A stretch of 62,991 bases of DNA, counting the filler, from Octopus bimaculoides (taxonomy: Eukaryota): the NCBI RefSeq assembly GCF_001194135.2. It is 5 parts of 5 records of this genome, joined end to end, with 100 filler letters (N's around TTAATTAATTAA, not from the genome) between each part and the next. Parts side by side here need not be neighbours in the genome. Positions count along the whole stretch, not along the records: positions 11,257 to 24,646 come from NC_068981.1; positions 24,747 to 54,861 come from NC_068990.1; 3 more parts are not named here. One strand, written 5' to 3'. The position numbers and the translations under genes were made by a program. Shown piece by piece: positions 12,880 through 24,840 of the stretch; position 1 is the first letter of the stretch; each line of letters starts with the position of its first letter. The notes beneath the pieces are model-generated. The model did not search any database. It was not told the DNA's origin and saw nothing but the letters and a program-made list of their open reading frames with translations.

Positions 12880-13090
12880 AGTCAACTGCTTGGTTTTACT
12901 TGTTTCAGTCATTTCACTGCGGCCGTACTGGAGCACCCCCTTTTTGGGCGAACAAATCGATCCTCAGGACTTATTCTTCGTAAGCCTAGCACTGATTCCA
13001 CCGGTCTCTTTTGCCAAACTGCTAAGTTTCGGGGACGTAAGTACACCAACTTTGGTTGTCAAGCGATGGTAGGGGGACAAACACAAACAC

Positions 13091-13134
<44 letters not shown>

Positions 13135-13470
13135 GAGAATATACAAAAAATAACAACAGACGAGGACAGGTGGTGTAAATAACAAAAGTATATATTAGTA
13201 TGACGCTCGGGAATACGGAAAGTCTTTGACGTTTCGAGCTACGCTCTTCAACAGAAAGAATACGGAGACAAGGAGAAAAAACACGGAGAAAAAAAATTGA
13301 ATATATATATATATATATACACGACGGTCTTCTTTCAGTTTCCCTCTACCAATTCCACTCACGAGGTTTTGGTTGGCCCGAGGCTATAGTAGAAGGCACT
13401 TGTCCAAGGTACCACGCAATGGCACTGAATCCACAACCACGTGGTTGGGAATCAAGCATCTTAGCATGCA
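12880..13470 (-). mobile_element. SINE S1 complete copy with a PLE-type HHR fragment (13135-13300) nested in its internal (TA)n
   Basis: Order on the + coordinates: tail 12880-13090, (TA)n, insert, (TA)n, head 13320-13470. Insert matches 30-200 and 34190-34345. Confidence 0.75.
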
Positions 13471-13614
13471 GCCACGAATGCGCCTTCTTCATTTTTAAGA
13501 CTGTTACTCATTCGACTGTCTCTTTATGTTGAAACGCTTGTTTAGGGGACGTAAACTGGCCAGGACCGGTTGTCAGGTTGTGGTAGAGGACACACTCACA
13601 CATACAAATACACA

Positions 13615-13860
13615 GAGGTTGTGAGTTCAAATTCCAGACCGGGCTGTGCGTTGTGTTCCTGATCAAGACACTTTATTCCAGGTTGCTCGAGTTCATTCAG
13701 CTGTAGAAATTAGTTCCGGCTCTTTTTCTAGATTAATATCAGTAGAGAAGGGGGACTTGTATACGTGGGCGTCTGCAGGAGTCCCACTAACAACCTTGCA
13801 CGGACTTGTTCCTAGGAGAACTTTCTAGGTGCAATCTCATGGTTATTCGACTTTATCCTA
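13615..13860 (+). mobile_element. SINE S3-related copy
   Basis: gtgagttcaaattccagaccgggctgtgcgttgtgttcctgatcaagacactttatt resembles 23110-23200, 32740-32810 and 34400-34470. Confidence 0.6.
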
Positions 13861-13973
13861 TATTCGTCTTTATCTATTTATTTATTTTATATACACACGT
13901 ACACAAACATGCACACACGCATACACACACGTACACACATATACACAAGCAGACACGTCACAAACTCACACTC

Positions 13974-14015
<42 letters not shown>

Positions 14016-14189
14016 TGATATGTCTTAACTGATGAAGATCTTCCGTAAGACAAGAAATTTCATTTTTACCCATTGTGCAATTATTTGAAACGTGTGTATT
14101 AAAGGCAATCAAAACATTATGACATAGTTTGACTTCATATATTTATGCATGCAAATACAAACATGCATAGTTACATACACATATAGACA

Positions 14190-14260
<71 letters not shown>

Positions 14261-14289
14261 TACATATATATATATATTCGTATAATATA

Positions 14290-16860
14290 CCAGAAATAAC
14301 TATAATGCACAATAGTGATACACAAATAGCATTTACGGTGTAATATAAGCATTGTATTTGTAAAGCCATACGCATGATACTGAAACAAACACATGAACGC
14401 ACACTCACACACACACTCACACACTCACACACTCACACACCTATATAGTGTTAGTGTGTCTGTTTAGAACTGAGGCGGAAAGACCTGAAGTGAACGTCCT
14501 GCATATTAATATGGCTGTCTCTCGTGTATGCTGTGTGTTGAGTTTTAAAATTTCCACCAAGCGAAAAAAGTCAGGTGATTTTTTGACAAAACCTGCCCCC
14601 AAACGATGTTTAAAACGATAATGGAATCTAATAATTCCACTGACGGGAAGCTTTTGGACAGTATGGACCACGTAGATTGTAGAATGGAGTAGTTATGTAG
14701 CTATACATGAAGCTATATCGTTCTGAGTGTATGTGTGTGCGTGTGTATAAGTGTTTGTGCGTGTATGCGTGTTTACATTTGTGTGTGTGTGTGTGTGTGT
14801 GTTTTGAATTTGTATGCATGTCAGTTCATCGGAAAAGTAATAAATAGACAGATACATGAAACAATTTTTTTCCCTATTTCATATATAGTAAACAGTTCAT
14901 AACAAGAAGTAAACATTAATTTGTACATAGGAATATATGTGTGTTCTTTAAATATACTTTGTGAATGCACACGTACACACACATACACACACATACACAC
15001 ACACACAAATAGACACACATCATATATGCATATACACACACACCGCACAGTCTCAGGTATATATATANNNNNNNNNNNNNNNNNNNNNNNNNNNNNNNNN
15101 NNNNNNNNNNNNNNNNNNNNNNNNNNNNNNNNNNNNNNNNNNNNNNNNNNNNNNNNNNNNNNNNNNNNNNNNNNNNNNNNNNNNNNNNNNNNNNNNNNNN
15201 NNNNNNNNNNNNNNNNNNNNNNNNNNNNNNNNNNNNNNNNNNNNNNNNNNNNNNNNNNNNNNNNNNNNNNNNNNNNNNNNNNNNNNNNNNNNNNNNNNNN
15301 NNNNNNNNNNNNNNNNNNNNNNNNNNNNNNNNNNNNNNNNNNNNNNNNNNNNNNNNNNNNNNNNNNNNNNNNNNNNNNNNNNNNNNNNNNNNNNNNNNNN
15401 NNNNNNNNNNNNNNNNNNNNNNNNNNNNNNNNNNNNNNNNNNNNNNNNNNNNNNNNNNNNNNNNNNNNNNNNNNNNNNNNNNNNNNNNNNNNNNNNNNNN
15501 NNNNNNNNNNNNNNNNNNNNNNNNNNNNNNNNNNNNNNNNNNNNNNNNNNNNNNNNNNNNNNNNNNNNNNNNNNNNNNNNNNNNNNNNNNNNNNNNNNNN
15601 NNNNNNNNNNNNNNNNNNNNNNNNNNNNNNNNNNNNNNNNNNNNNNNNNNNNNNNNNNNNNNNNNNNNNNNNNNNNNNNNNNNNNNNNNNNNNNNNNNNN
15701 NNNNNNNNNNNNNNNNNNNNNNNNNNNNNNNNNNNNNNNNNNNNNNNNNNNNNNNNNNNNNNNNNNNNNNNNNNNNNNNNNNNNNNNNNNNNNNNNNNNN
15801 NNNNNNNNNNNNNNNNNNNNNNNNNNNNNNNNNNNNNNNNNNNNNNNNNNNNNNNNNNNNNNNNNNNNNNNNNNNNNNNNNNNNNNNNNNNNNNNNNNNN
15901 NNNNNNNNNNNNNNNNNNNNNNNNNATATATATATATATATATACATACATACGTATGCATATTTATATACCGAGGGTGATAAATTCAATACTAATTTAA
16001 TTAACATCAATTTAAAACCAGTGGCTTAGCATATTAGCGTATAAAAAATCTAAAGACTCAGAAACCACAAAGTGGACATCTGATATTCTGATATGCTCGA
16101 AAAAGATCATCTTCGATCTAACCACAAAGAAAAGAATGTTCTCAAGAAAAAATTCAGCAAACACCAGAACTTAAATGGGCAAGAAAAATGAAAATATACA
16201 AAATAAAGAATTAATCGTAGACCGGGTTTCTCCATTAACTCTCACGTAAAAACGTTCGTGGTTAGATCGTAGATGATCTTTTTCTAGCACATCGGATGGC
16301 TACTTAGTGGTCACCCATTCTTATACGTATGTATATGTATATATAGATATATCTGTACAATATACCAGGAATATATATAATACACAATACCGATGCACAT
16401 TAGCAGTTATAGTGTTATATAAATATTGTATATGTAAACTCCAACGTATGACACTGAAATATGCACATCGAAACACGCTCACACATACAGACATATGCAC
16501 TTCCACACTCACACACACTCACATATACACACTCACACACTCACACACAAACACCTATGTAGTGTTTGTGTCTGTCTAGAACTGTGGCCGTAAGACCTGC
16601 AGTGAACGTCCTGCATATTAATATGGCTGTCTCTCGTTTATGCTGTATGCTGAGTTGGAAAATTTCCACAAGCAGAAACAACTCAGGTGATGTGTTGACA
16701 AAAACTGCCCCCTAGGGATACTTAAAATGACAATGAAATCTGATAATTCCACTAATGGGAAGCTTTTGGACAGTATAGACCACGTAGATTGTAGATTGGA
16801 GCAGTTATGTAGCTATACATGAAGGTATGTCGTTGTGAGTGTATGTGTGTGTTCGTTATA
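14290..16860 (+). repeat. Local direct duplication, copies at about 14290-14745 and 16365-16860
   Basis: Long exact blocks such as gtgaacgtcctgcatattaatatggctgtctctcgt and gggaagcttttggacagtat occur in both copies. Confidence 0.85.
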
Positions 16861-17496
16861 CGTGTTTGTATGTGGGGACATGTGTGTGTGCGTGTGTGTG
16901 TGTGTGATAAGAATTCTATACTCATATTATTGTCATAAAACTTTTAGTCTGAAATTTATTAATTGCAAACTACGTGAAGTTGATTAAGATCAACAATGGA
17001 CGAAAAGTTAAACTTTCCGTGTCCGATATTATACAGGAAGTTTTTTTCAATATTTAAACAAAACAAAAACGTTATGTACTCCACTTCTCATTTGTTCTGG
17101 GGTTTTTTACGTCGCATTTTTCGCTTTGAAACTGCTTTACCTGCTGTTGCTACTACTACTAGATGACTCAGCATTGTTCTACCGTGAGGATTCGGTAGTT
17201 CAGTCAAGTTAATTACCTTTTCCTGAATTAATACATCAGTGGTTCTTTTTCCGCGGTCACATTTACCTCAGAGTTAATTTTGTGGCAGATTCAGCATGTA
17301 AAAAATGTGATACACACAACATATTTCCCTAGCGTCCACACATCCCACGTAATGCAGTTTCCAAACTGTTTCCAAATGTAGGAATTTGGGGTTTAGGAAG
17401 GGACAGCTTTATATTACTCAAAATGTATGAAAAGACTAACTGAAAGTCTGAATACAAACATGGACGCTGAAGATAAACTTATGAAAATGCTTTGGA

Positions 17497-17910
17497 CAGG
17501 CGGCGAGCTGGCACGCCGCGCGAAATGCTTAGTGGTCTTTCGTCTGCCGTTAAGTTCTGAGTTCAAATTCCGCCGGAGTCGACTTTGTCTTTCATCCTTT
17601 CGGGGTCGATAAATTAAGTTCCAGTTACGCACTGGGGTCGATGTAATCGACTCAATCCCTTTGTCTGTCCTTGTTTGTCCCTTCTATGTTTAGCCCCTTG
17701 TGGGTAGTAAAGAAATAAGAAACGTTAGCACACCGGGCAACATTTCGTCTGTTTTTACGTTCTGAGTTTAAATTCTACCGAGGTCGACTTTGCCTTTCAT
17801 CCTTTCGGGATCGAAAAATTAAGTACCAGTTCCGTACTGGAGCCGATCTAATCGACTGGCCCCCTCCCCCAAAATTTCAAGCCTTGTGCCTAGAGTTAAA
17901 AAGAAAAGAA
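17497..17910 (+). mobile_element. Two adjacent SINE family S2 copies (17497-17716, 17719-17910) with different 3' tails
   Basis: Shared ttctgagttcaaattccgcc...gactttg(c/t)ctttcatcctttcgggg(t/a)tcga...aattaagt(a/t)ccagtt body, then divergent tails. Confidence 0.8.
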
Positions 17911-18666
17911 TGCTTTGAACGGGCAAAGGGTAAATCTAAAGTATATTTCATGTTGGTTATCTTAGTAGCAAAAAGACGAGATTTAAAAGACATCTGATTG
18001 TTATTGTTGGCATGTCCATCACCCACATAAAACCGCCTTTGTTTTCTTTTACTTCTTGATGTTGATGTTCCCTTTTCTGTGCCAACTATTACTCCTGTTG
18101 CTGTTGCTGTGTTCTTTAAAATCTATGTGTGCAACGGTTTCGTAGTGATCTTGACGTAGTCTGTATTCGATTACATATGTATTCTGAAAAAGAAAAGAAT
18201 GAAATAAACCAGAAAAATTAGCAGAAAAAGTAACAGATTTCAACAAAAACTTACGTTTTCATTGACGCCGTATAAATGTTCAGATTAACAAAACAAGCAG
18301 GCTTCAGATTGTATGAATTGGCTATGCTAGCGTGAATTATTTTCTGAGCTTCTCAGTTATCGCTTCTTATAACGTGGTTGCACGGATGCAAACTAGTGAA
18401 ACATTTTCTTTCCGGAGTTATTTTTTAAAAAAAACATTAAAAAAAACAACCAGAAAAAAAACATAGAAGATAACTATTGACAGCTGTGAATGTGCAAGTC
18501 TATTGTCATTCTTGTATTTGTTTGTTTTATTCTCAGTAACGTTTACTGTAGGTGTAGTAATAACAATTTTGAATGCATACAAAGATCGGTGGATTGAAGT
18601 ATACAGGAATGATTTTGTGTCACACGTACACACACATATACATAGTACACTCACAAACATACACGC

Positions 18667-18718
<52 letters not shown>

Positions 18719-19243
18719 TATCACACATATATTATATATATAGAATACACATATGGACATATAATATACGTCTATAGGAATACCATGTGTATATATATAC
18801 ATGCATGCCCGTTGGTAACGAACCAGAAATATGAATAATTAGCACAGGAGATGTGGATAAATGTTTTATTTAATAGAATTTTTATGAATTTTCTGATACG
18901 GAGTTCAGAATTTATTTAGCCAGGATTCAGAACAGAATTATTATGTCTTAATTAAATATTCCTCGCATGAACCCACTTGCTCAAGGGTTCCATAAAATTA
19001 ATATTCTTGATATGAGAATGAAATATATACTCTCATATCCCACATATGAATCTTTAAGAAATTTAATCCTGTAAACCTATAAATCCTTATCAACTAAAAC
19101 TGAAAATATCAATTACAACTTTCTAACATGAAGTACAATTTATATATATAATTTTAAAATAGGATAAAATCTTTATAAGATTTTATCGAGTAGTTAGCGT
19201 AAAAAACCTCATAAGGGAAACATTTATTAATTATTCCCTTTAA

Positions 19244-19530
19244 ATATATTTATGTATATTAAAGGCATTACTATACATAAATGCCTCACGCTAGGAGCGA
19301 CTCTAAAAGTCAAAACTACCATAATAAACACATTGTACTGAACGCGAAGGAATACAACTTTCGAAGCGAGCTTTTTAAAAACAGATTCAGCTGCATTTAT
19401 CTGTTTTAAAAGGCTCGCTTCCAGGGTTGTATTCCTTCGCGTTCAGTACAATGTGTTTATTATGCTAGTTTAGACTTTAAGAGACCCTCCTAGCGTGAGG
19501 CATTTATGTATAGAAATGCCCTTAATATAA

Positions 19531-19540
<10 letters not shown>
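19244..19540. repeat. About 297-bp near-perfect palindrome (MITE/fold-back), arms 19244-19386 and 19399-19540
   Basis: ataataaacacattgtactgaacgcgaaggaatacaac is the exact reverse complement of gttgtattccttcgcgttcagtacaatgtgtttattat. 12-nt spacer. Confidence 0.9.
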
Positions 19541-19571
<31 letters not shown>

Positions 19572-20072
19572 CATATATCTATCTATATATATATATATAT
19601 GTATATATATAAAAGTATGTATATATTAAGATTTAACTTTAAATTGTAAGACAAATATTTCGTTTTAAGAACTCCATGTGTTTTTGTGTATATACATAAA
19701 GAAAAGCGTACGAAATAGTCGTATTATGTTCCAAGTTTAGTCTATAAAATGGATANNNNNNNNNNNNNNNNNNNNNNNNNNNNNNNNNNNNNNNNNNNNN
19801 NNNNNNNNNNNNNNNNNNNNNNNNNNNNNNNNNNNNNNNNNNNNNNNNNNNNNNNNNNNNNNNNNNNNNNNNNNNNNNNNNNNNNNNNNNNNNNNNNNNN
19901 NNNNNNNNNNNNNNNNNNNNNNNNNNNNNNNNNNNNNNNNNNNNNNNNNNNNNNNNNNNNNNNNNNNNNNNNNNNNNNNNNNNNNNNNNNNNNNNNNNNN
20001 NNNNNNNNNNNNNNNNNNNNNNNNNNNNNNNNNNNNNNNNNNNNNNNNNNNNNNNNNNNNNNNNNNNNNNNA

Positions 20073-20114
<42 letters not shown>

Positions 20115-20220
20115 TGAGAGAGAGAGAGAGAGCTGTCCGCTTATCTGTCTGTATATAATATATAAAGAGAGGGGTATGGGGGATAGATAGATAGCAGAAA
20201 TTGGATGGAACGACGGTTTT

Positions 20221-20350
20221 TATTTAAAATCACTACAATTGTTTCGACAAATTTTTACACCTGTCTAACATTGATGAGATGATGAATTATGTAATCATTA
20301 TCATTTATCCAAGGTGTAAGTTGTGCTTCCTCAGGTGATTATTTTAAATA
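20221..20350 (-). ncRNA. Type I hammerhead ribozyme with intact catalytic core and extended stem II
   Basis: Minus strand: tatttaaaataatcac-CTGAGGA-A-GCACAACTTACACCT...AGGTGTAAAAATTTGTC-GAAA-CAATTG-TA^gtgattttaaata. All three stems pair. Cleavage triplet GUA. Confidence 0.7.
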
Positions 20351-21411
20351 CGTCCTTCGTGAGATCATACTGCCATTTCACGCAGTGTGGGAATGAATAT
20401 GAATACCCAAATACTTTGTGACCTCGACTATTTATACGCCATTGAAAGAAGGTTATTAGCCCTAAGAGTGTTAGCGCTCAAGGAACAAACGAACATGTCT
20501 TTGCTCCCCAAATTAGGTGCTGATAATATCTAAACCCAGTCTGGTTTCGACACACATAAGCAGAATTCTCAGAATTGAATTTAAGTAAAATAAATTTAAT
20601 ATGTTTCTTCTTTTCCCCTTCATCAGTAAAGAAGATTATTGAAGGAAATATATATTTACTTACACTCTGTAAATAAATATTTTATTACAAGTGTCATATT
20701 GCTTTTAAGTTGAAAACGAATTAGAGAAACAAAAAAACATTGGAACTACAGACAAATAAATTTCAAAAAAGGAAAACATTATAAAAAATAGATTATGCTG
20801 AGGATAAAAAAAAAAACAATTACAACGAGCAAAGTTAAATTGAGTGAGATTCTGGCAAGACAATACGTTACGAATGACGGAGTGGAGAGCGAGGGGAAAA
20901 TGGCGTAATTGTAAATATTGCAAAAATATACCGCTCATAAAATATCTAGCATGACAGGAAATACATATTTTATATGAATTCTGTTTTTAATTGAATTTTT
21001 TGCGAAATGTCATCATTGGTTGTACAAAATTACTGTTTCAAGTAGAACGTATGTTTATTTTATCTCGATAATTAAACGAAATTAGAAAGTACCATCTTTC
21101 AGAATTGAAATATTATCTTTGAGAGAGATAATTTCATTAGCCTAGTTTCTGATAGATTTTATTGAATTTCATTCCGACATTTCTGCCAATAACAAAAAGA
21201 AAACAATTAGTTTCAATGAATTAAAAGCATAATACTAATGATACAATAAAACCAACAAAAACAACGCTGACAGCAGCAAAATTAAAATGAAACACAGTGA
21301 GAACAGTAACAAGTTCTAAAAGCAACAACTAAATGTCAAAAAAACAGAGAAAATAATAAGAAAATATAGCAGGGAACGTACAAAATCAAATAATTGATGG
21401 AACAAAGATTC

Positions 21412-21772
21412 AGATATAAGAGTCATTTCTACTATAGGCACAAGGCCTGGAATCTGAAAAAAGGGAATGTTTCGATTACATCGAACCCTGTGCGTAACAG
21501 TTACTTATTTCATCCACTTCGAAAGGATGAGCCCGACGGGCTAACGATTCTGCCATATCGCCGTCTTTGATTCACTTATAATAATAATTATTATTTCTAC
21601 TGCAAGCACAAAGCTTGTATTTTGTGCGGTGGGCGCTATTGAATTACATTGGATTACAAAGTACGTAACTGGTTCTTATTTCATCGACCTCAGCGGAGTG
21701 TGTACTCAAAACGTAAAGACGACGGAATGCCGCTAAGAAGTTTGTCCGGTTAGCTGATGATTCTGCCAGCTA
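21412..21772 (-). mobile_element. Two degenerate SINE S2 copies (21412-21545, 21585-21772)
   Basis: Reverse complement of the S2 body and tail, e.g. tttctactataggcacaaggcct, cgattacatcga, aactggttcttatttcatcgacc. Confidence 0.65.
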
Positions 21773-22005
21773 AGGGCATTATTTGCATAAGCTTAATAAT
21801 GCTGGTATATAATTTCGTCAGTGAAAGCGTTTTAACGATCAACTGCTCTATTAGAATATTAACATAATCCCCCCCCCCCAGGTCTCAATCTATTGTCTTA
21901 AACGAAAGACATTAGATACTGTAGATGTAAATACACGCCCATTTCTAGCATCCTTTATGATCAAAATGAATTCGTTAGCTAAGACAGACAGACAGACAGA
22001 CAGAC

Positions 22006-22068
<63 letters not shown>

Positions 22069-22099
22069 CGTGAGAAACAGTTGATGCAACATTCTACCA

Positions 22100-22410
22100 T
22101 ATCCACCAACTGTCTACCGACAGAGAATATCAAGAAAAGACATGGTTTTGTAGTGCTTAGCTGTATATCAACTTTCTTGTCAACCATCCAAGAGCGGAGA
22201 TTGAGTTTTCTGACCACTGCTGGAGAAGTAAAGCAGAACAATTTATGGTACTACAGCGGCTGGGAGACCACGGGAGATGCATATACAACAGCTTGCAGAA
22301 GATGCTAGATGCGAAGTTGAAGACCTAAAAATACTAACTGAAGATTAGGAGGGATGGAGAGAAGTAGCCAGTCTGGCCCAGACAATCAGCTTAACCGGAT
22401 GATGACTCGA
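22100..22410 (+). mobile_element. RTE/RTEX-like LINE 3' remnant
   Basis: Frameshifted STIQERRL-FSDHCWRSK ... TYIQQLAEDARCEVEDLKILTED*EGWREV, typical of RTE-group C-termini. Confidence 0.55.
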
Positions 22411-22528
22411 TGAAAAACATAATTTTGAAGCTGTATATCTCTCAGTCTCGTGTTCAAGATGAAGTCTCCCATTACTGCTAGTCTTTGCAATATCTTACAA
22501 TATCTTTCTCGTTCGTGCACTCTCCCGC

Positions 22529-22606
<78 letters not shown>

Positions 22607-23074
22607 TTTTCTTTCGTTTGTACGTTCTCTCTCTTTATCGCTCCCTATCCATACACACTCTCTCACACCTTTTCACCCAGAAGAAACGTTAGACTGTTTT
22701 ACATATTTTGGCAAATGAATTGACCGAACTCTCGTATAAAATTTCTCCTAGTTTAACTGAAAGTATCAACATCACTGAAATGTTCTTCCCACAAAGCCTT
22801 CTGTAAAACATACAGAAACATACAGAAAGACAAAGAAAGACAACTGAATAAGCGTAGCCGACCGCAAGAATTTTACCATAGAGTAATATCAACACACCAG
22901 GGTTCTAAGTATCTATGAAAGAACCTGAGACCTACAGAAAGATAGAAATATAGAATACACTACGATGAGAATGGCTTTATAGAGTAATATTAAGATGGCC
23001 GTTTTGGCGCCGCTTATTTGGCGTCACTTATTCGAGGCTAATTTTGATGTCTCTTTTGTTTTCGTGTTTCTATC

Positions 23075-23400
23075 TACGTCTCGGACGGCAAAGTGGTTAA
23101 GGTATTCGGCTGAAGATCGTATGGTTTCGAGGTCGATACGCGGTGACGTATTGTTTCCTTGAGCAGGACACATTTATTTCACGTTGCTCCCGAACACTCA
23201 GTTGGGAAAAGTGAGATGTACCTGTAATTCAAAGGGCCAACCTTGTCCCATTCTGTGTCATGCTAAATCTCCCTGAGAACTACGTTAAGAAAGATGCGTG
23301 TCTGTAGAGAAATCACCCACTTGCACGTTAATTTCACGAGCAGGCTGTTCCGTTGATCGGACCAACTGGAACTTTCGTCGTAGTGACCGACGGAGTGCCG
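23075..23400 (+). mobile_element. SINE S3 copy
   Basis: gtacctgtaattcaaaggg...gagaactacgttaag...cacttgcacgttaatttcacgagcaggctgttccgttgatcg...gacggagtgcc matches 6950-7130. Confidence 0.8.
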
Positions 23401-23521
23401 TTTGTATCTGTATCTTTCTTCCTCCCTCTCTTCTTCTCTGTTTATGTATGTAAGCACCTAGTTCTGCTAATATGCCTGTGTAATATATCTTTCAATCCTC
23501 TCTCTCTCACATACACACTCA

Positions 23522-23560
<39 letters not shown>

Positions 23561-24594
23561 TCTGTACTCGCATATCTTTGTGAGCCCATGCGTGTGTGTA
23601 AGTGTGATCGTATGTTTCTCTTAAGTACCAGACAGTTTTGCCGCAATAAATCGTGAAAAGTCTCGTCAGCTGTATTTTCAGCCATATTATCAGCCTCTAA
23701 ACAATCACGCCGAATTGTCTCATTCTTTATTTATACACTTTTGTTGTAGGAAACTACCAAAAGAAATACAAAAATCTCTATCCCAGAACCATACAAATAT
23801 TGCAAAACTCGGAATGAAACCATGATAGTTCTGCTTTCTAGATCTGGTCATGTTACTGAATCCGTTGAAATTACGGATATAAAATCTATGAAGATTTCAT
23901 GGAAACTACTCCAACAGCCACGACAAGAACCACAGCATCAGTATTAGGTGAGACAGCATGGGAGTCTTAACGTAGTCATTAGATCTGTTAGAAATAGTAG
24001 CTACATAACTCCACAATCACGCACTAATGTATATATATANNNNNNNNNNNNNNNNNNNNNNNNNNNNNNNNNNNNNNNNNNNNNNNNNNNNNNNNNNNNN
24101 NNNNNNNNNNNNNNNNNNNNNNNNNNNNNNNNNNNNNNNNNNNNNNNNNNNNNNNNNNNNNNNNNNNNNNNNNNNNNNNNNNNNNNNNNNNNNNNNNNNN
24201 NNNNNNNNNNNNNNNNNNNNNNNNNNNNNNNNNNNNNNNNNNNNNNNNNNNNNNNNNNNNNNNNNNNNNNNNNNNNNNNNNNNNNNNNNNNNNNNNNNNN
24301 ACATATATATATATCGCTCAAAAAGTTTTAAAAAAACGTAGTGGACGGCAATAAAAGCATACGGACAGATGGACGATACGAAAACGGACAGGAAAATCAG
24401 GACAGAATATTCGAGGCTTTCTATTCATAAGTTAAGCTTCCGATCATCATTACAGTTTCGGCCTGTTACACTTGAGACTATTCTTAATTAGTAGGCCCCT
24501 CAAATTAAGTTAAGGGCATTAAATTTTTGAAAGTAAGCGATCGAATATGTGCGACAACTGGCGTATATTTATATATGTATATGTGTGTGTGTGT

Positions 24595-24646
<52 letters not shown>

Positions 24647-24746
24647 NNNNNNNNNNNNNNNNNNNNNNNNNNNNNNNNNNNNNNNNNNNNTTAATTAATT
24701 AANNNNNNNNNNNNNNNNNNNNNNNNNNNNNNNNNNNNNNNNNNNN

Positions 24747-24840
24747 AAGAGAAGAGAAGGAAAGAGTATGAAATGAAAGAGAAGAGAAGGAAAGAGTATG
24801 AAATGAAAGAGAAGAGAAGGAAAGAGAACGAAATGAAAGA
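24747..24840. repeat. 30-bp tandem repeat x3 (aagagaagagaaggaaagagtatgaaatga)
   Basis: Direct inspection. Confidence 0.9.
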
